IMG/VR virus record: IMGVR_UViG_3300045988_139610
Source of the DNA: a virus
DNA: 64,000 nt
Direction: 5' to 3' (one strand)
The notes beneath the pieces were generated by a model. The model had not been told where the DNA came from. It did no database searches and worked only from the letters and a program-made list of their open reading frames with translations. Below, piece after piece: positions 27,100 through 35,804 of this stretch (position 1 is the first letter of the stretch; each line of letters starts with the position of its first letter). A program made the translations under genes and the position numbers.

Positions 27100-27169
27100 T
27101 AAATTTATTAATTATTTTTATAGTCAATTTTGAATTATGAACTTGTGAATAATGAAAAAATTGTGACGA

Positions 27170-27198
27170 ATGAACTAATTGATTTTTGATTAGTTCAT
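27170..27198 (-). other. 10-bp perfect hairpin ATGAACTAAT/ATTAGTTCAT in a 240-nt ORF-free gap
   Basis: read in sequence; on the - strand a T6 tract follows 9 nt later; ATGAACT occurs a third time at 27138. Confidence 0.4.
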
Positions 27199-27361
27199 GA
27201 GGAATAGCTCACTGCAAGTGCAATTATAATTAATTATTTTATACTATTACTTTTTAATACCTCTACTATAAGAGATTGTAATTTTTACCTTTAAAATGTG
27301 CTATATTTATCGTATTATTTTAACTATGTATTTTTAAATTTATCACTTTTAAAGTACTATG

Positions 27362-28537
27362 TTATTGGTTTAACCAAGATTCTAATAATTTTCTCATTCT
27401 AATTGAAGGTATATAAATATTAATCTTTTGATTATCTCTAATTCTACTTCTAAACATCCATTGAATTAACATTGATAATGCATAGTCATTTTCTTCTATT
27501 GTCACTCCCTTACCTTTAAAGAATTTATTAATCATTGGGTTATTATAGATATTAATCAAATAAGCTAAATTTTCTTTATGTTTATAATCATTTGTTGCTC
27601 TTATATTTAAGGATACAAACCCTTTAGTATATCCTTTACCTTTGATTTGACTCTCAAAATCTTTAAATGTCGTATACATATTATCTGATGATTTTCCTTT
27701 ACATATATTTCTAAAATAATTTACAGTATTATTTTTAAGTTCCTTCATTATTTCTTTTTTATCTGCTTTCATATACCATGATTTAGATAACGCTGTTGTT
27801 TTATCTCCTATATTATTTAATTTTCCATCATAAATATTTATTAAATCTTTATATTTGTTTCCACCTTCCTCTTTGTAATTTTTTAATCTATATTGTCTAT
27901 CTCCTATATCTATAACTGACTTATATTCATATTCTACTTGATTCATATCATAGTAATAAGCTTGAATTTGACTTTTAAATTTATAAGTTAATATATAAAT
28001 ATGTTTAAATGCTTTAAATATGTTGACGGGAAATGTCCATAGAATCATCGTATTTTCAAATAAATATACATCTCCATTTTCGCAACTATTTTTTAAACTG
28101 GTAAATTTACCAACATAACCAGAATCTATCCAATGTACTTTATCTTCTTCGTCAACTTCTATTGTTCCATGCTCTAATAACATACTTATGTCAGATTTAG
28201 AGATTTTTAAATCTTCTATCACATCAAAGACTTCGTCGAGAAATAAAATATATTCTCCCTTTTCTATTTCATCTATAACCTCTTTTGATATTCCTTTAAA
28301 TAAACTATGCGTAGATACAATGTTATACCCTTCTTTTAATAATTCATAAAAATGATTCTTTTTACTTCCTTTCCCTAATCTTTCATTAGGTTTCTTAAAT
28401 TCTCTATTATCACATTCTTTTTCAATCCTATCTAGCTCTGTAAGAAATGGAGTTATAAAAATAAATCTATCAAATATTTCCTCCTTCATATATTGTATTG
28501 CGTAACTTGTTTTACCAGCTCCAGGTGGGACAATCAA
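27362..28537 (-). CDS. SF2-like P-loop NTPase/helicase-like protein, frame-broken at the N-terminus
   Basis: PPGAGKTS Walker A, ILFLDEV Walker B, QWMFRSRIR motif-VI-like; paralog of 47498..48697; the true ATG (28565, MNEQCKITVVD) is in another frame. Confidence 0.7.
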   Translation of the reverse strand: MIVPPGAGKTSYAIQYMKEEIFDRFIFITPFLTELDRIEKECDNREFKKPNERLGKGSKKNHFYELLKEGYNIVSTHSLFKGISKEVIDEIEKGEYILFLDEVFDVIEDLKISKSDISMLLEHGTIEVDEEDKVHWIDSGYVGKFTSLKNSCENGDVYLFENTMILWTFPVNIFKAFKHIYILTYKFKSQIQAYYYDMNQVEYEYKSVIDIGDRQYRLKNYKEEGGNKYKDLINIYDGKLNNIGDKTTALSKSWYMKADKKEIMKELKNNTVNYFRNICKGKSSDNMYTTFKDFESQIKGKGYTKGFVSLNIRATNDYKHKENLAYLINIYNNPMINKFFKGKGVTIEENDYALSMLIQWMFRSRIRDNQKINIYIPSIRMRKLLESWLNQ

Positions 28538-28660
28538 CCACCGTTATTTTACATTGTTCATTCATAATATCATCTCCTTTATATTATAATTTAATAAAGA
28601 GGATAAGTAACGTTGTTTTTAATTGTGACACAACAAAACCTTATCCACTTTATTAATTGT

Positions 28661-28704
28661 TATTATTGTATTAACATAACTTTAAGTAAAATTACTTATG
28701 AATT
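28661..28704 (-). promoter_or_regulatory. class-2 promoter-like two-box motif, copy e (ATAAGTAAT variant)
   Basis: minus strand TTCATAAGTAATTTTACTTAAAGTTATGTTAATACAATAATAAC. Confidence 0.45.
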
Positions 28705-28708
28705 AAAA

Positions 28709-29614
28709 TTAATCCCAAACATTATTTACCATTTTCTTTTTAGTATCTGTATTAGGATGGTAATAAAAAGAGTAGGTTGTTTGTGGATTACTATGTCCAG
28801 CTAGCTTTGCTGTTTCTGTAACATTAAATCCATTCTCCATATATGCCGTTAAACTTGTATGGCGTGCCGTATGAGGCGTAAAATTTGTAATTCCTACACT
28901 TTTAGTTATGTTTGATATTATTTTTTCAAGTCCACTTGAAGACAAACGTTGTTTATAACTTGATATAAATAGTGAATTATCTTTTGCATTTATTTTTAAT
29001 CTTTCATCAAGATATTTATTATATAAATCTAAAGCTTTATCGCTTAATACACATTGCTTTTTACTGCCACCTTTTTGAGTAATAGTATATTCTCCTGTTT
29101 CTCTATCTATTGTATCAACGTTTAAACTTCTTATTTCAAAATTTCTAAGTGCATTTTGGAATAAAATTTCTACAATTAAAATATTTCTTAAATTGTTAAA
29201 ATTCTTTTTCAAATTATATTCTGATTTTACATAATTTCTAATCTTTGTTATGTTTTTTGTATCTTCTGCGTGACCTTTAGATTCAATTCTTAATTGTTTA
29301 AGTTCCTTACTAGCATTAAAATCAATAATCCTAAATGCACATAGATAACCATAAAATGATTTACAACTAGCTATCCTTCTGTTAAGACTTTGATTAGATA
29401 ATCCTTCATTTCTTTTTTTGTTTAACCAATTTTGTAATTGGATTATAGTAGAATTTTGTATATCATCTATTCTTTTAAATCCACAATACTCAATCATTTC
29501 CTTTACTACTGGAATATATGATTTAATACTTTTAGGTGATAAGTTTTTTATATCCTTCAAGTATGCTATATAATTATTTATTAATCTTTCCATATTATTA
29601 ACTTTTTCCATCAT
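28709..29614 (-). CDS. tyrosine recombinase (XerC/D / phage integrase family)
   Basis: N-terminal SAM-like YLKDIKNLSPKSIKSY; catalytic …TPHTARHT… and …GHSNPQTTYSFYYH…. Confidence 0.85.
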   Translation of the reverse strand: MMEKVNNMERLINNYIAYLKDIKNLSPKSIKSYIPVVKEMIEYCGFKRIDDIQNSTIIQLQNWLNKKRNEGLSNQSLNRRIASCKSFYGYLCAFRIIDFNASKELKQLRIESKGHAEDTKNITKIRNYVKSEYNLKKNFNNLRNILIVEILFQNALRNFEIRSLNVDTIDRETGEYTITQKGGSKKQCVLSDKALDLYNKYLDERLKINAKDNSLFISSYKQRLSSSGLEKIISNITKSVGITNFTPHTARHTSLTAYMENGFNVTETAKLAGHSNPQTTYSFYYHPNTDTKKKMVNNVWD

Positions 29615-29647
29615 CTTTTCCTCCCTTTAATATCTTATATATGTATA

Positions 29648-29676
29648 AGTATATATCATATGGTATATTTTGTCAA
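29648..29676 (-). promoter_or_regulatory. sigma-A-type promoter (TTGACA-17-TATACT)
   Basis: minus strand TTGACAAAATATACCATATGATATATACT upstream of the recombinase. Confidence 0.6.
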
Positions 29677-29711
29677 TAGATTTATTAATAATTTTTACAA
29701 TCTTTTTGAAC

Positions 29712-29746
29712 TATAAAAGAATAGACTAGAATAAAATCTAGCCTAT
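29712..29746 (-). terminator. rho-independent terminator
   Basis: minus strand ATAGGCTAGATTTTATTCTAGTCTAT followed by TCTTTTAT. Confidence 0.6.
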
Positions 29747-29779
29747 CAATTAATATTATTTGTCATCATTTTAGTTCTT

Positions 29780-30262
29780 TTATTGATTCATGTTATCTGC
29801 TATGTTAAATACAATTTCACCATCTTTTATTATCAAATAACAAGTTCCCTCCCTATCCTTTGCGTCACAAATTTGAATTGTAAAGCTAACATTAGTGTAA
29901 CCTTTGTCGTTTAAGTATTCTTTTAAGGTACTAGATGTTTCTTTTAATGTATCTAACAGATTATCCCATTTACCAGTATATATAGCATTAGATACCTCAT
30001 CATATTGGAAATAGTTAGTTAATACTAAACCATCTTTTTCCATTTTATAAACGTAATCTTTTCCATAGAATATTTCATCCACCTTATTTTCGGTTAAATA
30101 ATATGCTATTTCTACCAGTTGTTGTTTTTGTTTATCTTTTGCTTCCTCATCCATTTGTTGAGTTGTATTTTCTGGCACAGAATCAAGTTCAACATCTTTG
30201 CATCCTATCATAGATATTGATAACATCCCTGTTAATATTAGTACTGATAATTTTTTATTCAT
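29780..30262 (-). CDS. lipoprotein
   Basis: MNKKLSVLILTGMLSISMIGC signal peptide with lipobox; start moved to the ATG after AAGGAGG. Confidence 0.75.
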   Translation of the reverse strand: MNKKLSVLILTGMLSISMIGCKDVELDSVPENTTQQMDEEAKDKQKQQLVEIAYYLTENKVDEIFYGKDYVYKMEKDGLVLTNYFQYDEVSNAIYTGKWDNLLDTLKETSSTLKEYLNDKGYTNVSFTIQICDAKDREGTCYLIIKDGEIVFNIADNMNQ

Positions 30263-30294
30263 AATTACCAACCTCCTTATGTTTTATATCATTA

Positions 30295-30324
30295 ATTATA
30301 TCATATTTCACTATCATTTGTCAA
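30295..30324 (-). promoter_or_regulatory. sigma-A-type promoter (TTGACA-18-TATAAT)
   Basis: minus strand TTGACAAATGATAGTGAAATATGATATAAT. Confidence 0.6.
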
Positions 30325-30332
30325 CAGTTTTA

Positions 30333-30944
30333 TTAATTATTTTCACCATCATTTACCATTATATTGTTTAATTTAATATATCCTTTTTCTTTATTATCAT
30401 ATATTCTTAATTTACCATAATCATCTTGATGTCTTCCATATAATAACAATTGAATTATTTTCTCTTTTGATAATCTATCTCTAGTGCCAACTAATTTTCC
30501 ACATTCATTACAATATATATGATAACGGTGATAATCTTTTTCTAATTCTAGATTAGGTGTAAAAAATTCATCATCATTCACTTTGTATTTACAGCAAAGT
30601 TCTTTCCATTCTTTATAATGACTTGTATTTCTACCATGTTTCTTGTCAGACAATAAATGGATTAATTCATGTTGGATAATATGTTTAACCGTATCATTAT
30701 CATATGAGTTAATACGTTTACTAAATTTAAATTTCACTGGTGATATAAACTCACCACTTCTCTTATATTTGCCACTAAAATAGCCCATGCTTGATTTAAG
30801 TCTACCGTCTATTGATATTGGAATAATATCAATTACATCACCAATTGTTTCTCTATCATCTTTATCCATTTTTAATACAAAATCCTTCATGTAATTTCTT
30901 ATTTCGTCTGATGTCCAGGTCTTATTAACACTTTTCCCCATCAT
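30333..30944 (-). CDS. SprT-like zinc metalloprotease
   Basis: HIIQHELIHLL (HExxH) plus Zn-ribbon YCNECGK; paralog of 32038..32607. Confidence 0.75.
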   Translation of the reverse strand: MMGKSVNKTWTSDEIRNYMKDFVLKMDKDDRETIGDVIDIIPISIDGRLKSSMGYFSGKYKRSGEFISPVKFKFSKRINSYDNDTVKHIIQHELIHLLSDKKHGRNTSHYKEWKELCCKYKVNDDEFFTPNLELEKDYHRYHIYCNECGKLVGTRDRLSKEKIIQLLLYGRHQDDYGKLRIYDNKEKGYIKLNNIMVNDGENN

Positions 30945-31006
30945 TCAATCCCCCAATATTATTTATTAATTATTTTTACTATCATTGCCAAGAGCTTTTA
31001 AAAAAT

Positions 31007-31033
31007 TTATTAATTATTTTTATTAATTATTTT
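31007..31033 (-). repeat. two overlapping tandem copies of the 15-mer
   Basis: + strand ttattaattatttttattaattatttt. Confidence 0.8.
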
Positions 31034-31046
31034 GATAATCTTTTTA

Positions 31047-31075
31047 GCAGGTTTTAAAGGATTACCTGCAAACCT
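31047..31075 (-). other. conserved-loop hairpin, copy C (GCAGGT-AATCCTTTAAA-ACCTGC)
   Basis: same loop and 5' flank AAAGGTTT as copies at 33988 and 35319, but a different, still complementary stem. Confidence 0.55.
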
Positions 31076-31081
31076 TTTATA

Positions 31082-31519
31082 TTATGGTAGTAATGTATAC
31101 ATACCACTTTTTAGCATCTTTATTAAACCAGTTAATGTTGTTGTGCTAGTGTATGGAAATACATGTACTGGATAATGTGCATAACCACCACTGTAGCTCA
31201 TACCTGTATAAGTAATAATACCAGTTGATGTTGTTGATACTATCAACAAAGATGTAGGAATTTTAGCACTATGCACACATACGTATTTGTGGTGAGTACC
31301 ACGCAATGCTATTTTATAACCTACAAGGTAAGGCAACATTGTTGCTGGAGTACTAGACGCTTTTAGAGTGCAAATTACTTTGCTTATGTGTGGTTTTACA
31401 GTTGCTGGAGTAATGTATGTTATTACTGGTGATGTTGATACTGGTTTACTTGATAAACTTTTTGCTAATGCTAAAGTAGTCATTGTTACTGTGCTTGGTA
31501 ATGTTATATATTTGCTCAT
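31082..31519 (-). CDS. compositionally aberrant T/S/P/Y/H-rich basic protein (145 aa, no D/E/N/Q)
   Basis: SD GAAAGGGG plus ATG and a consensus promoter upstream; visibly higher GC than the flanks; internal repeats. Confidence 0.55.
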   Translation of the reverse strand: MSKYITLPSTVTMTTLALAKSLSSKPVSTSPVITYITPATVKPHISKVICTLKASSTPATMLPYLVGYKIALRGTHHKYVCVHSAKIPTSLLIVSTTSTGIITYTGMSYSGGYAHYPVHVFPYTSTTTLTGLIKMLKSGMYTLLP

Positions 31520-31557
31520 ATTATAAAACCCCTTTCAATTATCTTAATCTTAATATT

Positions 31558-31586
31558 ATCATATATGATTTTAACTAAGATGTCAA
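31558..31586 (-). promoter_or_regulatory. sigma-A-type promoter (TTGACA-17-TATGAT)
   Basis: minus strand TTGACATCTTAGTTAAAATCATATATGAT. Confidence 0.6.
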
Positions 31587-31657
31587 GAGCTTTTTAAAAA
31601 ATTTATTAATTATTTTTACTATCATTTCAAGAGCTGGAAGGTTATTTAAAACCCTCC

Positions 31658-31969
31658 TTAATTACCATTCTTTTTCATATATTCAAAATCTCTAATTCTA
31701 TATTTTATTTCATATTCCATACCACACAATGCATCTGAAATCTTATCTGTTAAATCTTCAATTGTATTTTCTTTGTCAATTTCGACTATATCCTCTAATA
31801 AATAATCTATCATAATTAATTTTTTTTCTATTTTATTACGTTCATCATGAGTCAAATATCTAGCAGTAGCATATATGCATTTTTCTTCTTGTTCGTATTC
31901 ACAATTACCTCCCCACATCTTATTATAATCACAATTTACACATACATTTTTATCCATAATAATTATCAT
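31658..31969 (-). CDS. hypothetical Cys-containing protein
   Basis: 103-aa ORF; start ambiguous between two ATGs after AAGGAG. Confidence 0.6.
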   Translation of the reverse strand: MIIIMDKNVCVNCDYNKMWGGNCEYEQEEKCIYATARYLTHDERNKIEKKLIMIDYLLEDIVEIDKENTIEDLTDKISDALCGMEYEIKYRIRDFEYMKKNGN

Positions 31970-32037
31970 CTCCTTATATAAACAATATCATATTTAGCCA
32001 TCATTGACAAGAGTTTTATTAATTATTTTTCAACTAA

Positions 32038-32607
32038 TTATAAAGAAAACTTAAATTCAATATCTTTGCCTAATTTGTTATCATATATTCTTATATTTCC
32101 ATCATCAGTTCCATGTTTACTCATGTATATTAATTTCATCACTTGATTTTGTGATAATCTTGAATATCCTCCTAGATATTTACCACATAGCTTACAATAT
32201 ACATGATATCTATAAGCATCCTTTTCAATATCAATATCATTTTCAAAATACTGATTATCTGGAATACCATATTTATTACAATAAATTTTCCATATTTTAT
32301 TATGTTCCATATCTTTTTTATATTTTAAATTAACAAGTAAATGCATTAATTCATGCCCTATAACATGTTTAATTTCATCATCATTATAATAGAATAATCT
32401 TTTACTGAATTTGAATTGCACAGCATTAATTACCTCTTTTGTTTCAATATCTATACTCATCGATACATAAGCCATATTTTTAGTCAATCTACCATCTATT
32501 TTTATAGGTAATGTTTCTACATCTTTTAACACTATATCCCTATCTCTAGCAGTCATCTTATTAGCAACTTCTAACATATAATCTCTTATTTTATTTTCAT
32601 CCCACAT
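32038..32607 (-). CDS. SprT-like zinc metalloprotease
   Basis: HVIGHELMHLL (HExxH) plus YCKLCGK Zn-ribbon. Confidence 0.75.
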   Translation of the reverse strand: MWDENKIRDYMLEVANKMTARDRDIVLKDVETLPIKIDGRLTKNMAYVSMSIDIETKEVINAVQFKFSKRLFYYNDDEIKHVIGHELMHLLVNLKYKKDMEHNKIWKIYCNKYGIPDNQYFENDIDIEKDAYRYHVYCKLCGKYLGGYSRLSQNQVMKLIYMSKHGTDDGNIRIYDNKLGKDIEFKFSL

Positions 32608-32698
32608 AGTAACACCTCCAATTAATATATTTTATTATCATTCCAAGAGCTTAAGAGGATTAATTAACCCTCTTATTAATTATTTCTTACTTAAAATA

Positions 32699-33223
32699 TT
32701 ATATGATGTCCTTTAAATTTTCCATGACTGCATATATTTTGTATTCTATTACTTCTAAATCGTATTGTTCACACAGAGATTCCCAGACTTCCAATTGACA
32801 TTCTTGATATGTTTCATAATCGAATTCTGAATATTTTTGCCAATCATCATAATAGTCTTCTGCATATTCTTGTATTTCTTCTTCTGTTTCACAATCATAT
32901 TCATCTATAACTTCATCATGTAACCATTCAATGTATTCGTCATAATTCCAGACTTCTACTAATTCTCCTAAATCCTCATCTGTCACATCTGGATATTCAT
33001 CTATTGTTATTATAACTATGCTATCTCCATTATATACATCCATTCGTGTTTCATTGCCAACATAAGTTGTATAATCTACTGTGCCATCTTTAGATAAGAT
33101 TATATCATGTTTTACATAACCGTCAGTCCAAAGGTTTTTATGAAGTTCACAATACAATTCTTTAATTTCTTCTTGTATCTTTTCTTCTCTTAATAAATTT
33201 AAGAATCTTTCAGATTTTTTCAT
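32699..33223 (-). CDS. acidic hypothetical protein (paralog of 33368..33856)
   Basis: start moved to ATG (MKKSERFLNLL…) after AAAGGGGTGG; strongly D/E-rich. Confidence 0.65.
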   Translation of the reverse strand: MKKSERFLNLLREEKIQEEIKELYCELHKNLWTDGYVKHDIILSKDGTVDYTTYVGNETRMDVYNGDSIVIITIDEYPDVTDEDLGELVEVWNYDEYIEWLHDEVIDEYDCETEEEIQEYAEDYYDDWQKYSEFDYETYQECQLEVWESLCEQYDLEVIEYKIYAVMENLKDII

Positions 33224-33367
33224 ATTTACCACCCCTTTATTTTTATTATACTTAAAGTATAACATATTTAATTTTAAATTACAATAACTTTTTAATAATT
33301 TTATTAATTATTTTTATTATCTTTTCTATATGATAGTATAGATATATCTATACTATCATATAATGGT

Positions 33368-33856
33368 TTATATCATCATTTCTAGTTGATTTATCTTTCT
33401 TGATATAACATTATATATGAAATCTGCGTCTTCCATATCACAAATATAATTCCAAGCACATTGTTCTTCGTCTTCATAACCTAATTCATTGAAATCCTTA
33501 TATTCACTCCATGTCGCATTATCCCAAATATACTGTTGTTTATCTATATTGCTTTCAAATATTTCTTCACATTCTTCCATTAGATAGTCCACGAATTCTT
33601 GATAATCATCTTGTAATTCAATGTTACCAAATTCTGTCTCTGGTACTTCTACATATTCATTGAGTTCTATTATTAGTAATTGATTATCTTTTACTTCATT
33701 TGTAGCTGTTATTACTCCATTTAAATCTAGTACTATTTTAGTTTTTATTTTTCCATCATACCATGCTTGTTTATGAAGAGTGCAATAGCAGTCTATTATT
33801 TTGCCTTCTATTGTTTCGTCATTTAATAATTTTAAGAATCTTTTAATATTATTCAT
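33368..33856 (-). CDS. acidic hypothetical protein
   Basis: 162-aa ORF with SD GAAAGGGGA; KRFLKLLNDETIEGKI…CTLHKQAWYDG parallels 32699..33223. Confidence 0.7.
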   Translation of the reverse strand: MNNIKRFLKLLNDETIEGKIIDCYCTLHKQAWYDGKIKTKIVLDLNGVITATNEVKDNQLLIIELNEYVEVPETEFGNIELQDDYQEFVDYLMEECEEIFESNIDKQQYIWDNATWSEYKDFNELGYEDEEQCAWNYICDMEDADFIYNVISRKINQLEMMI

Positions 33857-33888
33857 ATCATTTATCCCCTTTCAATTATCTTGCTTAT

Positions 33889-33918
33889 ATTATAGCACTC
33901 AACTTATATAAAAGTCAA
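33889..33918 (-). promoter_or_regulatory. sigma-A-type promoter (TTGACT-18-TATAAT)
   Basis: minus strand TTGACTTTTATATAAGTTGAGTGCTATAAT. Confidence 0.55.
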
Positions 33919-33987
33919 GCGCTATCTTATTAATTATTTTTACTATCATTGTCAAGAATTTTTAAAAAATTTATTAATTATTTTTAT

Positions 33988-34018
33988 GCTGGTTTTTAAA
34001 GGATAAACCAATAAACCT
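33988..34018 (-). other. conserved-loop hairpin, copy A (TGGTTT-ATCCTTTAA-AAACCA)
   Basis: read in sequence, immediately after the stop of 34025..34879. Confidence 0.55.
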
Positions 34019-34024
34019 ATAATA

Positions 34025-34879
34025 TTATCCTATTAATTTATATTGATTTTGTAAATTTTCAAATACTATTAAAATATCTGAATCTCTTTTAGCATACCAA
34101 CATTTTTTATTTCTATTCCATCTAAATCCAAATTGTTTCAACATATTTCTAAAATCTTCTGATGGTTTACCTTCAAAATATAATTCTATTCCATTTTTTT
34201 CAAGGTTTTCTATTATATCAAATTTATTATTATTTTTATTATTTTTTTCTTGTCTTTTAGATTTTTTAACTTTTTCAACCACTTTGACTGTTTCATCATA
34301 ATTACCAAGGTTTAAAGATGGATAAAAATTAACGTCAAAATAATCTATTTGATAGTCACAATCAGAATATCTATATTGATTTATTATTTCCCAAACTCTT
34401 ATAACTAATTCTTTGCCATATATTGATAATTCTGGATATTCGATATATGGTGATATATCATAATTGATTATATTTTTATCATCATTTGCATAAACACTTT
34501 TAGGAGTTTCTTTTACAATTACAGTTAAACTACAACCTCCAGAAAATTCATGTTTTGTAACACTAAATTTACAATCTGGAAATTCTTCTTTTAATTGTTT
34601 TCTAACTAATTTTGCTATTGTTTTAATATCTAAATCTCTATTATATTTGTCACCCTTCCAACCATTTGCAGTATAAAATTCATTTCTTGTGCTTTCTGCT
34701 GTTTCCTCTGTTTTTATATTATCTCTATTTTTCCAAATAGGAAATAACATATCATATTCATTATTGACAGCTTTCATTGTTTCAGCGTCTCCACCTCTAT
34801 CTGGATGATGTTTAAAAGCTAATTTTTTAAATTGTTTTTTTAAGTCTTCTAAAGAGTTTACATTTTTAAAATATTTCAT
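34025..34879 (-). CDS. J-domain (DnaJ-like) protein
   Basis: LKKQFKKLAFKHHPDRGGDAETMKAVNNEYDML contains the HPD tripeptide in J-domain context. Confidence 0.8.
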   Translation of the reverse strand: MKYFKNVNSLEDLKKQFKKLAFKHHPDRGGDAETMKAVNNEYDMLFPIWKNRDNIKTEETAESTRNEFYTANGWKGDKYNRDLDIKTIAKLVRKQLKEEFPDCKFSVTKHEFSGGCSLTVIVKETPKSVYANDDKNIINYDISPYIEYPELSIYGKELVIRVWEIINQYRYSDCDYQIDYFDVNFYPSLNLGNYDETVKVVEKVKKSKRQEKNNKNNNKFDIIENLEKNGIELYFEGKPSEDFRNMLKQFGFRWNRNKKCWYAKRDSDILIVFENLQNQYKLIG

Positions 34880-34942
34880 ATCATTTGTCCCCTTTCAATT
34901 ATCTTATTAATTATTTTTAAGAGCTGGAAGGGATTAATTCCC

Positions 34943-35218
34943 TTACCATTTTTCATAATATTCATCATCTCCATATCTATCTAAATAAGTGTTTTTAGCA
35001 GTCATTTTAAAATCATATTCATTGTCTACATCACTTATTTCTATTATATATTTTTTTCTGTTTAAAGATACTTGTACGTCGGTAGCTCCAAAACATAAGT
35101 TGTCTAATACTTTTTTAATGTTGTTATAATTTAATTTATCCAATTGTTTATCCCAACAACCTATTATAAAACCTTCTTTATTTAATTTTTCTTCAATTCT
35201 TTGTTTATTTGTTTTCAT
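34943..35218 (-). CDS. hypothetical protein
   Basis: 91-aa ORF with SD AAAGGGGTTGA. Confidence 0.65.
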   Translation of the reverse strand: MKTNKQRIEEKLNKEGFIIGCWDKQLDKLNYNNIKKVLDNLCFGATDVQVSLNRKKYIIEISDVDNEYDFKMTAKNTYLDRYGDDEYYEKW

Positions 35219-35252
35219 AATATCAACCCCTTTTATTTATTATTATGCTTTA

Positions 35253-35282
35253 ATTGTATCACACTTTATTTTAATTTGTCAA
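35253..35282 (-). promoter_or_regulatory. sigma-A-type promoter (TTGACA-18-TACAAT, TGTG extended)
   Basis: minus strand TTGACAAATTAAAATAAAGTGTGATACAAT. Confidence 0.6.
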
Positions 35283-35318
35283 GAGCTTTTTTAAAAAAAA
35301 TTATTAATTATTTTTACG

Positions 35319-35349
35319 ACTGGTTTTTAAAGGATAAACCAGTAAACCT
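35319..35349 (-). other. conserved-loop hairpin, copy B (ACTGGTTT-ATCCTTTA-AAACCAGT)
   Basis: read in sequence. Confidence 0.55.
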
Positions 35350-35463
35350 TTTTATATTTATATAATATATGATTTTCTCATAACTTAATCACTCCTTAAA
35401 TTTATTAATTATTTTTATATTTCCCTAATTAATAGGGCTTGAGCTAGAGGACTTTAAGTCCTC

Positions 35464-35688
35464 TTATTTCCAATAACCTATAAAATACATATTATTATTT
35501 TCTAAAAAGTCTATAAAGTCTAAGATAAATTTATCTTTGTCTTTTACTTGCACTCCTCCTACTATATACAACTCCTTACCTTCATAGTCATCATATAATA
35601 ATATACCCTCATAATCTAGTAAATAGTCTACAACTAAATTATCATCTAATGTATCTAAAACATAACCATTAAAATTTAGCCATTCCAT
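35464..35688 (-). CDS. hypothetical protein
   Basis: start moved to the ATG (MEWLNF…) after AAAGGAGTGG. Confidence 0.65.
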   Translation of the reverse strand: MEWLNFNGYVLDTLDDNLVVDYLLDYEGILLYDDYEGKELYIVGGVQVKDKDKFILDFIDFLENNNMYFIGYWK

Positions 35689-35720
35689 AATTACCACTCC
35701 TTTATTTACTTATACTTAAT

Positions 35721-35749
35721 ATTATATACTATCATTTAAGATAAGTCAA
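35721..35749 (-). promoter_or_regulatory. sigma-A-type promoter (TTGACT-17-TATAAT) with ATGATAGTA half-operator in the spacer
   Basis: minus strand TTGACTTATCTTAAATGATAGTATATAAT. Confidence 0.6.
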
Positions 35750-35804
35750 TAATTTTATTAATATTATTCACTATCATTTTGATAGTATTGAGCAAAGGAG
35801 AAAA

